This document shows, in pieces, positions 10,294-20,563 of a stretch of 64,000 nucleotides of DNA. The notes beneath the pieces are model-generated. The model made no database searches and was not told the origin of the DNA. It worked only from the letters and a program-made list of their open reading frames with translations. The translations under genes and the position numbers were made by a program. Where the stretch lies: the NCBI GenBank assembly GCA_965249725.1, contig CBDFMQ010000002.1, positions 2,784,001 through 2,848,000 on the forward strand, in the 5' to 3' direction. The number at the start of each line of letters is the position of its first letter. Position 1 is the stretch's first letter. The stretch is from Longimicrobiales bacterium. GTDB taxonomy: Bacteria; Gemmatimonadota; Gemmatimonadetes; Longimicrobiales; Gaopeijiaceae.

Positions 10294-13119
10294 ATGTCTT
10301 CGCCAACCCGCTGGGCCCTAGCACGGTCCCTACCGAAGTCGCTAGCAAAGTCCCTTGACAGGCTTCTCCCGAAGTCGCTAGCCAGCTTCACCGTCCTTGC
10401 CCTCATGATGGCCGGCCCGGTGTGGAGCCCGCTGTGGAGCCAGGAGGTCACCCGTGTAGGAGAGGTGGAAGGCATCGTGGAGTACCGGCTGGACAACGGG
10501 CTACGCTTCCTTCTCTTCCCCGACGCAAGCAAGCCGACCGCTACGGTCAACGTCACGTACAGCGTGGGATCACGGCACGAAGCCTATGGCGAGACGGGAA
10601 TGGCGCACCTGCTGGAGCATCTCGTCTTCCAGGGGACCCCGGACCACCCGGACATCACGAAGGAGCTGACGGAGCGGGGGGCGCGCCCCAACGGCACGAC
10701 GTCTTTCGACCGCACCAACTACTTCGAGACCTTTCCGGCTAGCGAGGACAACCTCGAGTGGGCCCTCGATCTCGAGTCCGATCGCATGGTCAACTCGTTC
10801 ATCAGCGCGGACGACCTCGACTCAGAGATGACGGTGGTCCGCAATGAGATGGAGTCCGGAGAGAACAGCCCCTTCCGCATTCTCATGGAGCGCACGCTTT
10901 CGACCGCCTACCTCTGGCACAACTACGGGAAGTCGATTATCGGAGCTCGCTCCGACGTGGAGAACGTGCCCATTGATCGGCTTCAGGCCTTTTACAGGAA
11001 GTACTACCAACCGGACAACGCCTTGCTGATCGTCTCGGGAAAATTCGACGATGATCACGCCATCGAGCTCATCGTAGAGACATTCGGGCAGATCCCCCGT
11101 CCCGACCGATCCGGGGCCAACACACTCTGGGACACCTACACTCGTGAGCCTGTGCAGGACGGGGAGCGCATGGTGACCCTCCGGCGCGTCGGCGACGTCC
11201 AGGTCGTGATGATGTCCTATCACGTCCCTCCGGGCTCGCATCCCGACTATGCGGCCGTAGACATCCTGGCGCAGGTGCTGGGCGACCAGCCTTCCGGACG
11301 TCTCTACAAGTCCCTGGTAGAACCCGGGCTCGCCGCGTCTACCGGCGCCTTCGCCTATCAACTCCGCGAGGCGGGTCCGTTGCTCACATTCGCTCAGGTT
11401 CGTCCCGAAGACGACCTCCAGGCCACCTGGACGGCGATGGAGGAGTCTCTGGAAGGTGTCCTTCGCAGCCCCATCACCGGCGAGGAGATCGAGCGCGCCA
11501 GAACGGCGCTCCTAAAGAGCGTCGAGCAAGTGTTCAACAATCCGGAGCGGATTGCCCTGCAGCTGAGTGAATGGGCCGCCATGGGTGACTGGCGGCTCTT
11601 CTTCGTGCACCGGGACCGGATCGAGGCGGTGGTGGCGGCCGACGTGCAGCGGGTCGCCGCCGAGTACCTCAAGCCCGACAACCGAACCGTCGGCCTCTTC
11701 TACCCGACCGAGGATCCCGACCGAGCTGAAGTGCCCGATCTGCCGGACATTGCCGCGGATCTCGAGGGCTACACGGGCCGGGAGGCGGTCGCGGCGGGTG
11801 AAGAGTTCGATCCGTCGCCAGCGAACATCGAGAACCGGACCGTCCGGTACACGTTGCCGAATGGGATCAAGGTGGCGCTGCTCCCCAAGTCGACCCGTGG
11901 AGAGACCGTCGTAGCGCGTTTCCGAGTGATCCTCGGTGACGAGGAGGCTCTGGCTGGTCGAGCGACCGCCGGGAGCATGGCCGGCGCCATGCTGATGCGG
12001 GGATCGAGCGGCCACACGCGTCAACAGATTCAGGACGAGCTCGATCGCCTGCAAGCCTCCGGCTCCGTGTCGGGCAGTGTGAGCCAGGCCTCCGGTCAGG
12101 TGCAGACGACACGCGAGAATCTGGCCGACGTCATTCGACTCATGGCGGAGATCATCCGCACACCCACTTTTCCGACGGACGAGTTCGAGACGCTCAAGGA
12201 GCAGCGTCTCGCCGGGTTGGAGCAGCAGCGCTCCGACCCCAACGCGCTGGCACAGATCGCGGTCGGGAGGCACATGAATCCGGTGCCTGCGGGGCATCCG
12301 AGCTACACGCAGACCGTCGACGAGGCCGTCGACGCCATGGAAGCCGTTACCCTCGATGAAGCTCGGGTATTCTACGAGGACTTCTACGGGCCCCAACTGG
12401 GGACGCTGGGGATTGTCGGCGATTTCGACGAAACCGAAATGCGAGGTGTCATCGAAGCGGCTCTTGGCGACTGGGAAAGCCCGCATGCGGCCGTGCGCAT
12501 CGCCACGGAATTCGTCGACCCACCGGCTGCCGATCTGCAGATCGAGACCCCGGACAAGGCGAACGCCATCTTCGTCGCCCGGCAGAATCTCGCCCTCCGC
12601 GACGACAACCCCGATTACCCGGCCCTCGTGTTGGGCGGATACATGATCGGAGGTGGGGTGATGAACTCGCGCCTGGCGAAGCGCATCCGCCAAGAAGATG
12701 GGCTCAGCTATGGTGTCGGCGGCGGTATCAACGGTCACCCCATCGACGAGTCGGGCTCTTTCCTCGCTTTCGCCATCTACGCCCCTGAAAACGCGGAGGC
12801 GTTGGAGGCGGCGTTCCAGGAGGAGATGCAGAAGGTGCTGGACGGCGGGTTCGCCGAGGAGGAGCTGGAGATCGCGAAGCAGGGGTACCTCCAGTCCCGC
12901 CAGTTGAATCGGGCCCAAGACCCCTCGCTGGTAAGCGCCCTAACGCAGGGTCTCTACTTCGACCGGGACCTGACGTGGGACGCCGAACTGGAGGAGCGGC
13001 TTCAGGCCGTTACGGCCCAGGAGGTCAACGCCGCAGTGCGTCGGTACCTGGACCTGAGTAAGATGACGATCGTGAAGGCTGGCGATTTCGAGGGCGCCGC
13101 AGCCAAGGTGATCCCTTAG
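10294..13119 (+). CDS. M16 (pitrilysin-like) zinc peptidase
   Basis: GMAHLLEH (HxxEH), NGTTSFDRTNY, C-terminal IRQEDGLSYG. Confidence 0.93.
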   Translation: MSSPTRWALARSLPKSLAKSLDRLLPKSLASFTVLALMMAGPVWSPLWSQEVTRVGEVEGIVEYRLDNGLRFLLFPDASKPTATVNVTYSVGSRHEAYGETGMAHLLEHLVFQGTPDHPDITKELTERGARPNGTTSFDRTNYFETFPASEDNLEWALDLESDRMVNSFISADDLDSEMTVVRNEMESGENSPFRILMERTLSTAYLWHNYGKSIIGARSDVENVPIDRLQAFYRKYYQPDNALLIVSGKFDDDHAIELIVETFGQIPRPDRSGANTLWDTYTREPVQDGERMVTLRRVGDVQVVMMSYHVPPGSHPDYAAVDILAQVLGDQPSGRLYKSLVEPGLAASTGAFAYQLREAGPLLTFAQVRPEDDLQATWTAMEESLEGVLRSPITGEEIERARTALLKSVEQVFNNPERIALQLSEWAAMGDWRLFFVHRDRIEAVVAADVQRVAAEYLKPDNRTVGLFYPTEDPDRAEVPDLPDIAADLEGYTGREAVAAGEEFDPSPANIENRTVRYTLPNGIKVALLPKSTRGETVVARFRVILGDEEALAGRATAGSMAGAMLMRGSSGHTRQQIQDELDRLQASGSVSGSVSQASGQVQTTRENLADVIRLMAEIIRTPTFPTDEFETLKEQRLAGLEQQRSDPNALAQIAVGRHMNPVPAGHPSYTQTVDEAVDAMEAVTLDEARVFYEDFYGPQLGTLGIVGDFDETEMRGVIEAALGDWESPHAAVRIATEFVDPPAADLQIETPDKANAIFVARQNLALRDDNPDYPALVLGGYMIGGGVMNSRLAKRIRQEDGLSYGVGGGINGHPIDESGSFLAFAIYAPENAEALEAAFQEEMQKVLDGGFAEEELEIAKQGYLQSRQLNRAQDPSLVSALTQGLYFDRDLTWDAELEERLQAVTAQEVNAAVRRYLDLSKMTIVKAGDFEGAAAKVIP

Positions 13120-13213
13120 CCACCCTGGAGGTCGGATCCGGGAACGGACCCAAAGAAAAAGGCCGATGGACCTGAACGGGTCCACCGGCTTGGAGTCGAG
13201 GGGGCGTCAGGAC

Positions 13214-13414
13214 TCAGTCGGACTTTGCCTCCCCAGAGTATCCACCCTCCGCGAGGAGCTCTTTGAGACGACCCTCACGCTCGGGCAGGTTCGTCTTCGC
13301 GATGGCTCTGGCCAGGGTGATGCGATCTTCATCCGAGACCTTGTCCAAGATGTTGATCGGGGCGCCGTAGCGCAGGAGGATGCGCTTGGCATCGACGACT
13401 ACTGAATCGGACAC
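13214..13414 (-). CDS. Small hypothetical protein
   Basis: GTG start with GGAG RBS; protein-like composition; fills the intergenic gap. Confidence 0.5.
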   Translation of the reverse strand: MSDSVVVDAKRILLRYGAPINILDKVSDEDRITLARAIAKTNLPEREGRLKELLAEGGYSGEAKSD

Positions 13415-13482
13415 TTGAACTCTCCGGACCAGCCGTGGACCATAGACGTGAAATCGGCTAAATGTAGCTCCATCTACCACTT

Positions 13483-14766
13483 ATGCCAACGGATCACGCG
13501 CCCGTGACGCCGCTGGCCCGCTACTCGTTCGCCGTATTGGTTCCCGTAGCCATCGGCGTCCTTGCGGGGCTGTGGGCGACGACTTCCGCGTTCCAGCGAT
13601 GGCAGAAGGAGACCGATCTGCGAGTCGCGGCATCGGCGACGGATCTCATCCTGCAGGAGATGGGCGCCACGCGCGACGCTTTACTGAAGGAAGCCGTCGC
13701 GGTCGAGCCCACCCCCCCCTATCCGCCACAGGTTGAAGCGGCTCTGCGAGGCGATACCGTGCTGGCCATGGGCAGCTCCGAGGAGAGTCTGGAGCTCACC
13801 GTTGCTTACGGAGAGGGGTCCATGGTGCGAATCGCCACGGGTCCATTTCGGCCGACGGTGCTCGAGGTGCTCCCGAGCATCACCGGGTATCGGCTCGCCC
13901 TCTACCTGCGTGGAACCCGTACGGTGACCACCGAACCTCCATTCAGTCCCGAAGTGTTGCACCCGGAGGTGCTCCTGACGTTGGCGCGCCAGGCCGATGG
14001 AATGGTCATCGAGTCGGATGGGGTCACCGGCGCGCTCCGGGCCTTCCAGGCAGTGCCGGGTCGTCCCTCCGACGTCGCGGTGATGGCGACGGCCGAGGAC
14101 GATACTCGCATTCAGGCCAGCGGAACGACCGCCCCAGTGACGGTCTTGATCGTAGTCTTGTTGTTGTCCGGATTCGCCGCCTGGACCACTCATCACCCGC
14201 GTCATGCATCTGCGCCCGACTGGGGTCAGATAGAGCGTTCGACCCTCCAGTGGTCGCTGGTCGTGTTGGTGCCGGTGATCGCGGGCTCGGCGATTCTGCT
14301 GTCCTTCGACCGAGACTTCCGCCAAGGCGCCACGACAAGCATGCGCGAACAGTTGAGTCGGGCCATCATCCTGGTCAAACAGGTCGATCGGCTGAGTTCT
14401 GCTTCGGCGTCGGGCGCGATCACCGGATTCGAAGCGGCACGACTCCGCGCGGGCGTCGTCGAGGCCACGACTCGAGATGAACCCGACCTGATCGAAGCGC
14501 TCCGCCAATTGCGCCCTCCACCCCCGAATTTCACATCGTCGGGCACGCTGGCGGTCGACGACGGCACGCGATTCTACTCGGCCGCGCGTACCCCCAACGG
14601 AGCCACGTTGGTCCTAATCGGGCCGGTCATGGAGGTGCGGTGGGGAGAGGTCCGACGGGCCCTGGGCTTGGCGGGACTCCTGATTCTACTGCCCCCCCTG
14701 CTGTTCCTCTGGTTCTCCGAGCATCCTCGATCGGAATTGATCTCCGAGGAATCCGGCCCGACCTGA
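13483..14766 (+). CDS. Hypothetical membrane protein with two extracytoplasmic (Cache-like?) domains
   Basis: Four hydrophobic segments flanking two soluble domains. Confidence 0.6.
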   Translation: MPTDHAPVTPLARYSFAVLVPVAIGVLAGLWATTSAFQRWQKETDLRVAASATDLILQEMGATRDALLKEAVAVEPTPPYPPQVEAALRGDTVLAMGSSEESLELTVAYGEGSMVRIATGPFRPTVLEVLPSITGYRLALYLRGTRTVTTEPPFSPEVLHPEVLLTLARQADGMVIESDGVTGALRAFQAVPGRPSDVAVMATAEDDTRIQASGTTAPVTVLIVVLLLSGFAAWTTHHPRHASAPDWGQIERSTLQWSLVVLVPVIAGSAILLSFDRDFRQGATTSMREQLSRAIILVKQVDRLSSASASGAITGFEAARLRAGVVEATTRDEPDLIEALRQLRPPPPNFTSSGTLAVDDGTRFYSAARTPNGATLVLIGPVMEVRWGEVRRALGLAGLLILLPPLLFLWFSEHPRSELISEESGPT

Positions 14767-14769
14767 TTC

Positions 14770-15183
14770 TCAGTTCATCAAGTCGGGGTCGTCGGGTCCA
14801 CTGGCGGTAAGGGGCGCCTCGAGGTCGAATCGCGGAATGAGGACGTCGAACTCCTGGCCATCCGGACCCACGAAGGTGTAGTACCCCTCCATGAAACCGG
14901 CCGGCGAATGCAGGATGCAGAAGCTCTCGTACTCGTGTGACTTGCCCGGCTTGAGCGTGGGCTGCTCGCCCACCACGCCCTCTCCGTCCACTTCAGAGTC
15001 CTCGCCCATGGCGTCGTGTATGTGCCAGTGGCGAAAGAGGAGGGTCGCCGGCACATCACCCTGGTTCTCCAACTCGACCAGATAGGTGAAGACGAACCTG
15101 CCCTCCTCGGGCTCGGAGTGAGACAAGGAGAAGCTCGGTTGCACCGACACGCGGATGCCCTTGGTGGTCGTCTCGTAGCTCAT
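14770..15183 (-). CDS. apaG: ApaG protein
   Basis: FVFTY, RHWHIHD, VDGEGVVGEQP, GFMEGYY. Confidence 0.93.
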   Translation of the reverse strand: MSYETTTKGIRVSVQPSFSLSHSEPEEGRFVFTYLVELENQGDVPATLLFRHWHIHDAMGEDSEVDGEGVVGEQPTLKPGKSHEYESFCILHSPAGFMEGYYTFVGPDGQEFDVLIPRFDLEAPLTASGPDDPDLMN

Positions 15184-15314
15184 GAGGGCATCATAGGCCG
15201 ATCGCATTGGCGGCGCCAACACCGTCGGTGGGAGTCGGCCACGCCCGCGGCGGAACACCTCGCCCCAGGTCGCCCCGGGCTTTCCACCCGTTTGGGCTTC
15301 ACGCATGTTTACTC

Positions 15315-16004
15315 ATGAAGGACCGCTCTCCCACACCCCTCAGTCGATCGGTCGAGGACTACCTCAAGGCGGTCTATTCCCTCACCGAACGAGGGGAGGC
15401 CGCATCGACCAACGCCCTCGCCGGAGCCCTGGACGTCCAGCCCGCATCCGTCACGGGCATGGTGAAACGCCTGGCCGAAGGAGGGTACGTCGAGCATGCG
15501 CGCTATCGCGGCGTCAGGCTCACCGAGACGGGTGCTCGGGAAGCGCTGAGGATCATCCGTCGACACCGCATTCTCGAGACGTACCTTCACGTTCAGCTGG
15601 GTTACTCGTGGGATGACGTTCACGCGGAGGCCGAGCGGCTCGAGCACGCCGCCTCTGAGGAACTCATCGACCGCATGGCAACGGTGTTGGAGGATCCCAG
15701 CCACGATCCGCATGGGGCTCCAATCCCCACCCGAGCCGGTGAAATCGAGGCATCCGACTTCGCCACGCTGGACGAGGTGGATTCTGGAGCCACCGTCGAG
15801 ATACGGGCGGTCCAGGACGAAGATCCGGAGCGGTTGCGGTATATGGAGGCGCTAGGCCTGACGCCAGGCACACAGCTCACCGTGGTCGACCATTCTCAGT
15901 ACGATGGTCCCCTGACCGTGTGCGTGGCGAACGCCCCGGGAACCGAGGTCATCGGGTCCGACCTCGCCGGCAAGATTTTCGTCACCCCGGTGGTCGCGGA
16001 GTAG
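15315..16004 (+). CDS. DtxR/MntR family metal-dependent regulator with FeoA domain
   Basis: EDYLKAVY, RRHRILE, EAERLEH, DPHGAPIP. Confidence 0.93.
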   Translation: MKDRSPTPLSRSVEDYLKAVYSLTERGEAASTNALAGALDVQPASVTGMVKRLAEGGYVEHARYRGVRLTETGAREALRIIRRHRILETYLHVQLGYSWDDVHAEAERLEHAASEELIDRMATVLEDPSHDPHGAPIPTRAGEIEASDFATLDEVDSGATVEIRAVQDEDPERLRYMEALGLTPGTQLTVVDHSQYDGPLTVCVANAPGTEVIGSDLAGKIFVTPVVAE

Positions 16005-16035
16005 ATCCCGGCCGCCTCACCCCCGGGCACCTCAC

Positions 16036-17130
16036 CTAGGCTGGAGTGATGATCGCCTTGGTCACCCTCAAGGCAGCCACATCCTCGAGAGCCTGACCGG
16101 CCTCCTCCAGGGTGTAGCGTCCCCCGATCACGGAGGCGAACGGCAGTCGCTCGCTGTGCCGGCCGAGTAGGCGTAGGGCCCCCACGAGGTGATGGAAGTC
16201 CGTGCCCCACTGACCCTTGATGACGGCGTGCTTCCGATTGATCGAGGTGTGTGGGTTGAGAGGGATCTCACCCGCGTCCGTGTAGTGTCCGGCCACGACA
16301 TAGGTGCCTCCGTCGCGCAGCACCTCCAGGCCCTCGGGCACGGCCTGCGGGTTTCCCGAAGCCTCGATGACGACGTCTGCGCCGCGCCCCCCCGTGGCGT
16401 CCCTTATCGCAGCCACACGTTCCTCCACGGTGGTTGCCGCTAGGTCCAGGCACATATCGGCGCCCAACATGCCTCCCAACTCGAGGCGCGCCTCTGGAGC
16501 GCCGATGAGAACGACCCGGCTCGCCCCACGCAGGTTGGCGAAGGCTGCTGCGGACAATCCCACCGGCCCGCAGCCCTGCACGACCACGACGTCGCCCATG
16601 GCGAGGTCGCTCCGGTCGATGGCGGCGAAACCCGTGAAGAGGCCGCACCCTCCGCCGATGACGTCGTCGGCACCCGTTCCGTCGGGGAGCTTCAGGACGC
16701 GGACGCCCGGCTGCAGATAGATCCGCTCCGCCCAACCGCCGAAGGGTCCGTCGTTCGCGCTGTACGTGATCCCGTAGACCTTCCGACTGGGACAGCGGTT
16801 GGGCTGACGCACCACGAGGCAGTGATAGCACGATCCACAGACTTCGTGGACGTCCAGAAAGGTGACCACGTCGCCGGAAACGAGAGGCGCACCCAGCGCA
16901 TCCGTGTCTATCCCCGGTGCCTCCAGAACCCTGCCCACGCTCACATGCCCGGGGACGATCGGGTAGGGCACGCCGGACAAGCGCCCATGATGTAGGTGCA
17001 CATCGGTTCCGCACACCTCACTGGCGATCGTCTCCAGGAGGACCCCACCCTGCTCCACCTCCGGATCCGGAAGGTCCCACATCTCAATCGGTGCCTCGGG
17101 CGCAGTCATCACCGCCGCTTTTATCGGCAT
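16036..17130 (-). CDS. Zinc-binding alcohol dehydrogenase
   Basis: CGTDVH, GH, CGSCYHC..C, GCGPVG. Confidence 0.9.
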   Translation of the reverse strand: MPIKAAVMTAPEAPIEMWDLPDPEVEQGGVLLETIASEVCGTDVHLHHGRLSGVPYPIVPGHVSVGRVLEAPGIDTDALGAPLVSGDVVTFLDVHEVCGSCYHCLVVRQPNRCPSRKVYGITYSANDGPFGGWAERIYLQPGVRVLKLPDGTGADDVIGGGCGLFTGFAAIDRSDLAMGDVVVVQGCGPVGLSAAAFANLRGASRVVLIGAPEARLELGGMLGADMCLDLAATTVEERVAAIRDATGGRGADVVIEASGNPQAVPEGLEVLRDGGTYVVAGHYTDAGEIPLNPHTSINRKHAVIKGQWGTDFHHLVGALRLLGRHSERLPFASVIGGRYTLEEAGQALEDVAALRVTKAIITPA

Positions 17131-17269
17131 GTCTCTAGGAGTTGAGCGGGGGCCAGAAGGAGCATCCTTCTCCCTCGCGGTCCCACCGCGTGCTCGTTAG
17201 TGTCTCTCGTCTCGGGCGTGGCCCGGCTGCTCACAGGCGCTTCTAACATACACCCTAACCCAAGCTGAA

Positions 17270-18259
17270 TTGAACGAAGTCATCACACGGCTCCAAGAGT
17301 GGCCACGGAGCTCATTCGTCAGGGAGCCGACGCCCCTGCTGCAGGCGCCCAACCTCGCGGGCATCCTGGGGCGAGAGCCGTCCGACGTACTCCTCAAGAT
17401 GGACGCCGAGACCTCGTTCGGGCTCGGGGGGAACAAGGCTAGGAAGCTTGAGTTCGAGCTTGCCCCTCCCCGCCTGGCCGGGGCCACCTGCGTCATCACT
17501 TGCGGCGGTGCCCAATCCAACCACTCCCGACTCACCGCCGCGGCCGCAGCGAGGCTTGGCCTCCGATGTATTCTGGTCGTAAACGGTGACATCCCCGACC
17601 CGCCAACCGGCAACGCGTACCTCCACCGACTGCTCGGCGCCGAGATCCATCCAGTCGGCACCCGCGAGGAGCGCGATCCGGCCATGGCCGAAGTCGCGGC
17701 TCGGGTGGAGGCCGAGGGGGGCAAGGCGATCGTCATCCCGTTGGGTGCTTCGACCCCCTTGGGGGCCCTGGGCTACGTGCGGGCTGCGGTGGAAATCGTC
17801 GACCAGTGGGAGACGCAGCCTCCGGCAGAGATCACGTGGGTCTTCGTGTCGGCATCGTCCTGCGGCACCTACGCTGGCCTCGCACTCGGCTTCGCACTGC
17901 TGGAGAGGACTGATGTGCGGTTGGTCGGCGTGAGTCCCGATGTCGACGTAGAAGAGATCTCGGATCTCACCGAGAGCCTCTGCGACGGTGCCGCGGAGCT
18001 GCTCGGGACGTCCGTCCCGCTGCCCTCGACCCTGCTGCTGCCTACGGCCAACTACATCGGGGAGGGGTACGGCATCCCGACCGAACAGTCGAGGGAGGCG
18101 ACGTCGCTCCTGGCTCGGACCGAAGGTGTCCTGCTGGATCCCGTGTACACGGCCAAGACCGCTGCAGCCATGCTCGACTGGGCCCGGACCGGTAGGGTTC
18201 CCTCGGGCGATCGCCTCGTTCTCTGGCACACGGGGGGGTATCCCACAGCCTTCGTCTGA
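17270..18259 (+). CDS. D-cysteine desulfhydrase/ACC deaminase family PLP enzyme
   Basis: GGNKARKLE, QSNH, LLDPVYTAK, HTGG. Confidence 0.9.
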   Translation: MNEVITRLQEWPRSSFVREPTPLLQAPNLAGILGREPSDVLLKMDAETSFGLGGNKARKLEFELAPPRLAGATCVITCGGAQSNHSRLTAAAAARLGLRCILVVNGDIPDPPTGNAYLHRLLGAEIHPVGTREERDPAMAEVAARVEAEGGKAIVIPLGASTPLGALGYVRAAVEIVDQWETQPPAEITWVFVSASSCGTYAGLALGFALLERTDVRLVGVSPDVDVEEISDLTESLCDGAAELLGTSVPLPSTLLLPTANYIGEGYGIPTEQSREATSLLARTEGVLLDPVYTAKTAAAMLDWARTGRVPSGDRLVLWHTGGYPTAFV

Positions 18260-18338
18260 GCCAGGCACGCCGACCGATCCGGTGGAGGGCTCGTAGCGTC
18301 CTCTCCGACCGCTCCCTATCTTCGGGGATTCCCGAGAA

Positions 18339-19298
18339 ATGCCTGTCTCCCAACCCCGTTCCTCCCCTATGGACGCATCGGAGCACCTTCTTCATGTGCC
18401 GCTCTTCGAGGAGCTCGAGCCGGCGGCCGTCGCAAAGTTGGGGGCCCTGACCCGGACTGCCTCTTTTCCGGCGGGTGCGAAAATCGTGGAGATCGGTGAG
18501 TCGGGCGTCTCGCTCTTCGTGATTCTCCACGGGGAGGTACGCGTTCTCTATCCCGCACGAGCGGCCAACTTCGAACTGGCCCGCTTGGGCCCCGGGGACT
18601 TCTTCGGTGAGATGGCTCTTCTGAACGACAAGCCTCGGAGCGCGACGGTCGAAGCCATCGAGGACGTCGAGCTCCTGGTCCTCGAGCAGGACGACTTCCG
18701 CAACGTCTTGCGCGAGGCACCCCCTGTGGCCCTCCAACTCATCGAAAGCCTCTCGGTGCGCATCCGGAGCGTGGACGAGCACATCAGCACGCTGAGCGAC
18801 AAGGCGATGCGTGACCCGCTTACCGGGCTTATGAACCGAAGAGCCTACCGGGAACGCATGAAAGAGGAAGTGGATCGGGCACTACGCTACGAAGAGCGCT
18901 TCTCCCTGATCCTGCTCGATCTGGACCAGTTCAAGTCGATCAACGACACCTTCGGCCACGACGTGGGTGACGTGGTGCTGGGGTGGACCGGCCGGCTCCT
19001 GACGGAGCATACACGGTCGGCCGACACGCCCTTCAGGATCGGCGGTGAGGAGTTCGCGATTCTCGCGCCGAGCACCGAGGGGACAGTCGCCCACATGGTC
19101 ACGCAACGCCTGGTGGATGTGCTCGCGGAGGCTCGCCCGCCCGTGGACTTCGAGTTGAAGGTCACGATGTCGGGTGGCTACGCGTGTTGTCCCGACCACA
19201 CGGCGTCCGCGGAAGCCCTATTCTCGATGGCGGACAAAGCCCTCTTCCAGGCCAAGGCCGAAGGGCGCAACCGGGTCTGCCCGCCCAAGACGGACTGA
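18339..19298 (+). CDS. cNMP-binding domain plus GGDEF diguanylate cyclase
   Basis: FGEMALL..PRSATV; DPLTGLMNRR, INDTFGHDVGD, GGEEF. Confidence 0.92.
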   Translation: MPVSQPRSSPMDASEHLLHVPLFEELEPAAVAKLGALTRTASFPAGAKIVEIGESGVSLFVILHGEVRVLYPARAANFELARLGPGDFFGEMALLNDKPRSATVEAIEDVELLVLEQDDFRNVLREAPPVALQLIESLSVRIRSVDEHISTLSDKAMRDPLTGLMNRRAYRERMKEEVDRALRYEERFSLILLDLDQFKSINDTFGHDVGDVVLGWTGRLLTEHTRSADTPFRIGGEEFAILAPSTEGTVAHMVTQRLVDVLAEARPPVDFELKVTMSGGYACCPDHTASAEALFSMADKALFQAKAEGRNRVCPPKTD

Positions 19299-19535
19299 CC
19301 GAAAAAGAAAGGCCCGGTCAGCTCGATTTGCCAACCGGACCTCTGTCAGAACCGCCCCAGACACCACCACCCCGCATCGTCACGACCCTGCGTCCGCACC
19401 GTACCACCGGGGTCAGTCCCGACCATCGTTCGCACCCACATCCCCAACCCGTCCACTTCCCTTGCAGCTTTCTATACGTGTTGGATGCTCAAAAGATTCA
19501 GTCGGTTGCATCCCGGTCGTGCTGTCCGACGTCCC

Positions 19536-20038
19536 CTAATGATCCTCCTCTACCGAATGGCCGAGCGCCTCGAGCGCCTCGATGATCTCATCCACGTGCT
19601 CACGGCCTCGAGTCTCGAGGTGCATGACGATCTCCACATCGCCCACCGAGATGTCTGCGAAGGCCCGTCGGTGGGCGATCTCCAGAACATTGGCTCCCAA
19701 TTCGGCGGCCAGTCGGGTCAGGCTCGCGAGCGCTCCCGGACGATCTCGCACCTTGACCATCAGACGGGCAAGCCTGCCATCGGCCACCGGGCCTGTGCGT
19801 GGTTGCCGGCACTGGCCGTCACGACCCCGCTCGAGCGCTGACCATCGGTAAGTTGGAGCAGCTTATTGCCGGCACCACGAGCCTTGAACGATCCGGTTCG
19901 CTGCAGATTCTCGAACTTGAAGGCCAGGGTGCAGGGCAGCAGGTCCTCGAAAACACTCGAGGGAGCACAGGGGGTCAGGTTCACGGAGCCCTGTATCCGA
20001 GTACGGGCTTCCTCGATGTCGCGCAGCGTGAGGGCCAT
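19536..20038 (-). pseudogene. ilvA: Threonine ammonia-lyase with large internal deletion
   Basis: N-terminus (KFENLQRTGSFKARG, ASAGNHAQ) joined out of frame at about 19790 to the ACT domain (DRPGAL..LETRG). Confidence 0.85.
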
Positions 20039-20109
20039 ACGGGTACCGAAGGGTCGGGGTTACATCAGGATCTGGATCGGGGGTCGTCCCGATCGGGGTC
20101 CGACGCGCA

Positions 20110-20517
20110 CTAGAGGGCCCGGTAGAGTCCCATCCTCAGCGGCGGGGCGATGCTGCAGTAGAAGTAGAGGCGATTCTCACCCTCGACCACGATGTTCGTC
20201 TGGCGGGTTCGGGTCTTCGGGTAGTCCTGGCCCCTCTCGCTCTCGACGAAGAGCACCTCACCCTCTCCGAGATTCCCGTGGAGGGCCGTGAGCTGGACCA
20301 GCAGGTCGTCAAGCATGACCGACTCGACCTCATCCTGTACATCTCCCTCGGCCTCGGCCGTCAGAGACTGCTCGGAGAGCTTCTCGTAGCCTTCGAGGAA
20401 TCCGTCGGCCTCGATGGAGACTTCGTGGTCCCGCCTGAATCCGATATCGGTGAGGGCCTTGGAGTCGAAATTCAGCTCGACGCTCTGCACGTTCTTCCCG
20501 TATCGGCGCAGTATCAT
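20110..20517 (-). CDS. Hypothetical protein
   Basis: 135-aa ORF in the same-strand run, protein-like composition. Confidence 0.6.
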   Translation of the reverse strand: MILRRYGKNVQSVELNFDSKALTDIGFRRDHEVSIEADGFLEGYEKLSEQSLTAEAEGDVQDEVESVMLDDLLVQLTALHGNLGEGEVLFVESERGQDYPKTRTRQTNIVVEGENRLYFYCSIAPPLRMGLYRAL

Positions 20518-20563
20518 TCCGCAGTCCTGGAATCAGAGTTGTCCTTAGAAGGTCAACAGCCTT

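Noticed and set aside
10333..10382. 14-bp direct repeat in the M16 signal region (also a 12-bp repeat at 28446/28472)
   Set aside because: Two copies only; consistent with local slippage, no evidence of function.
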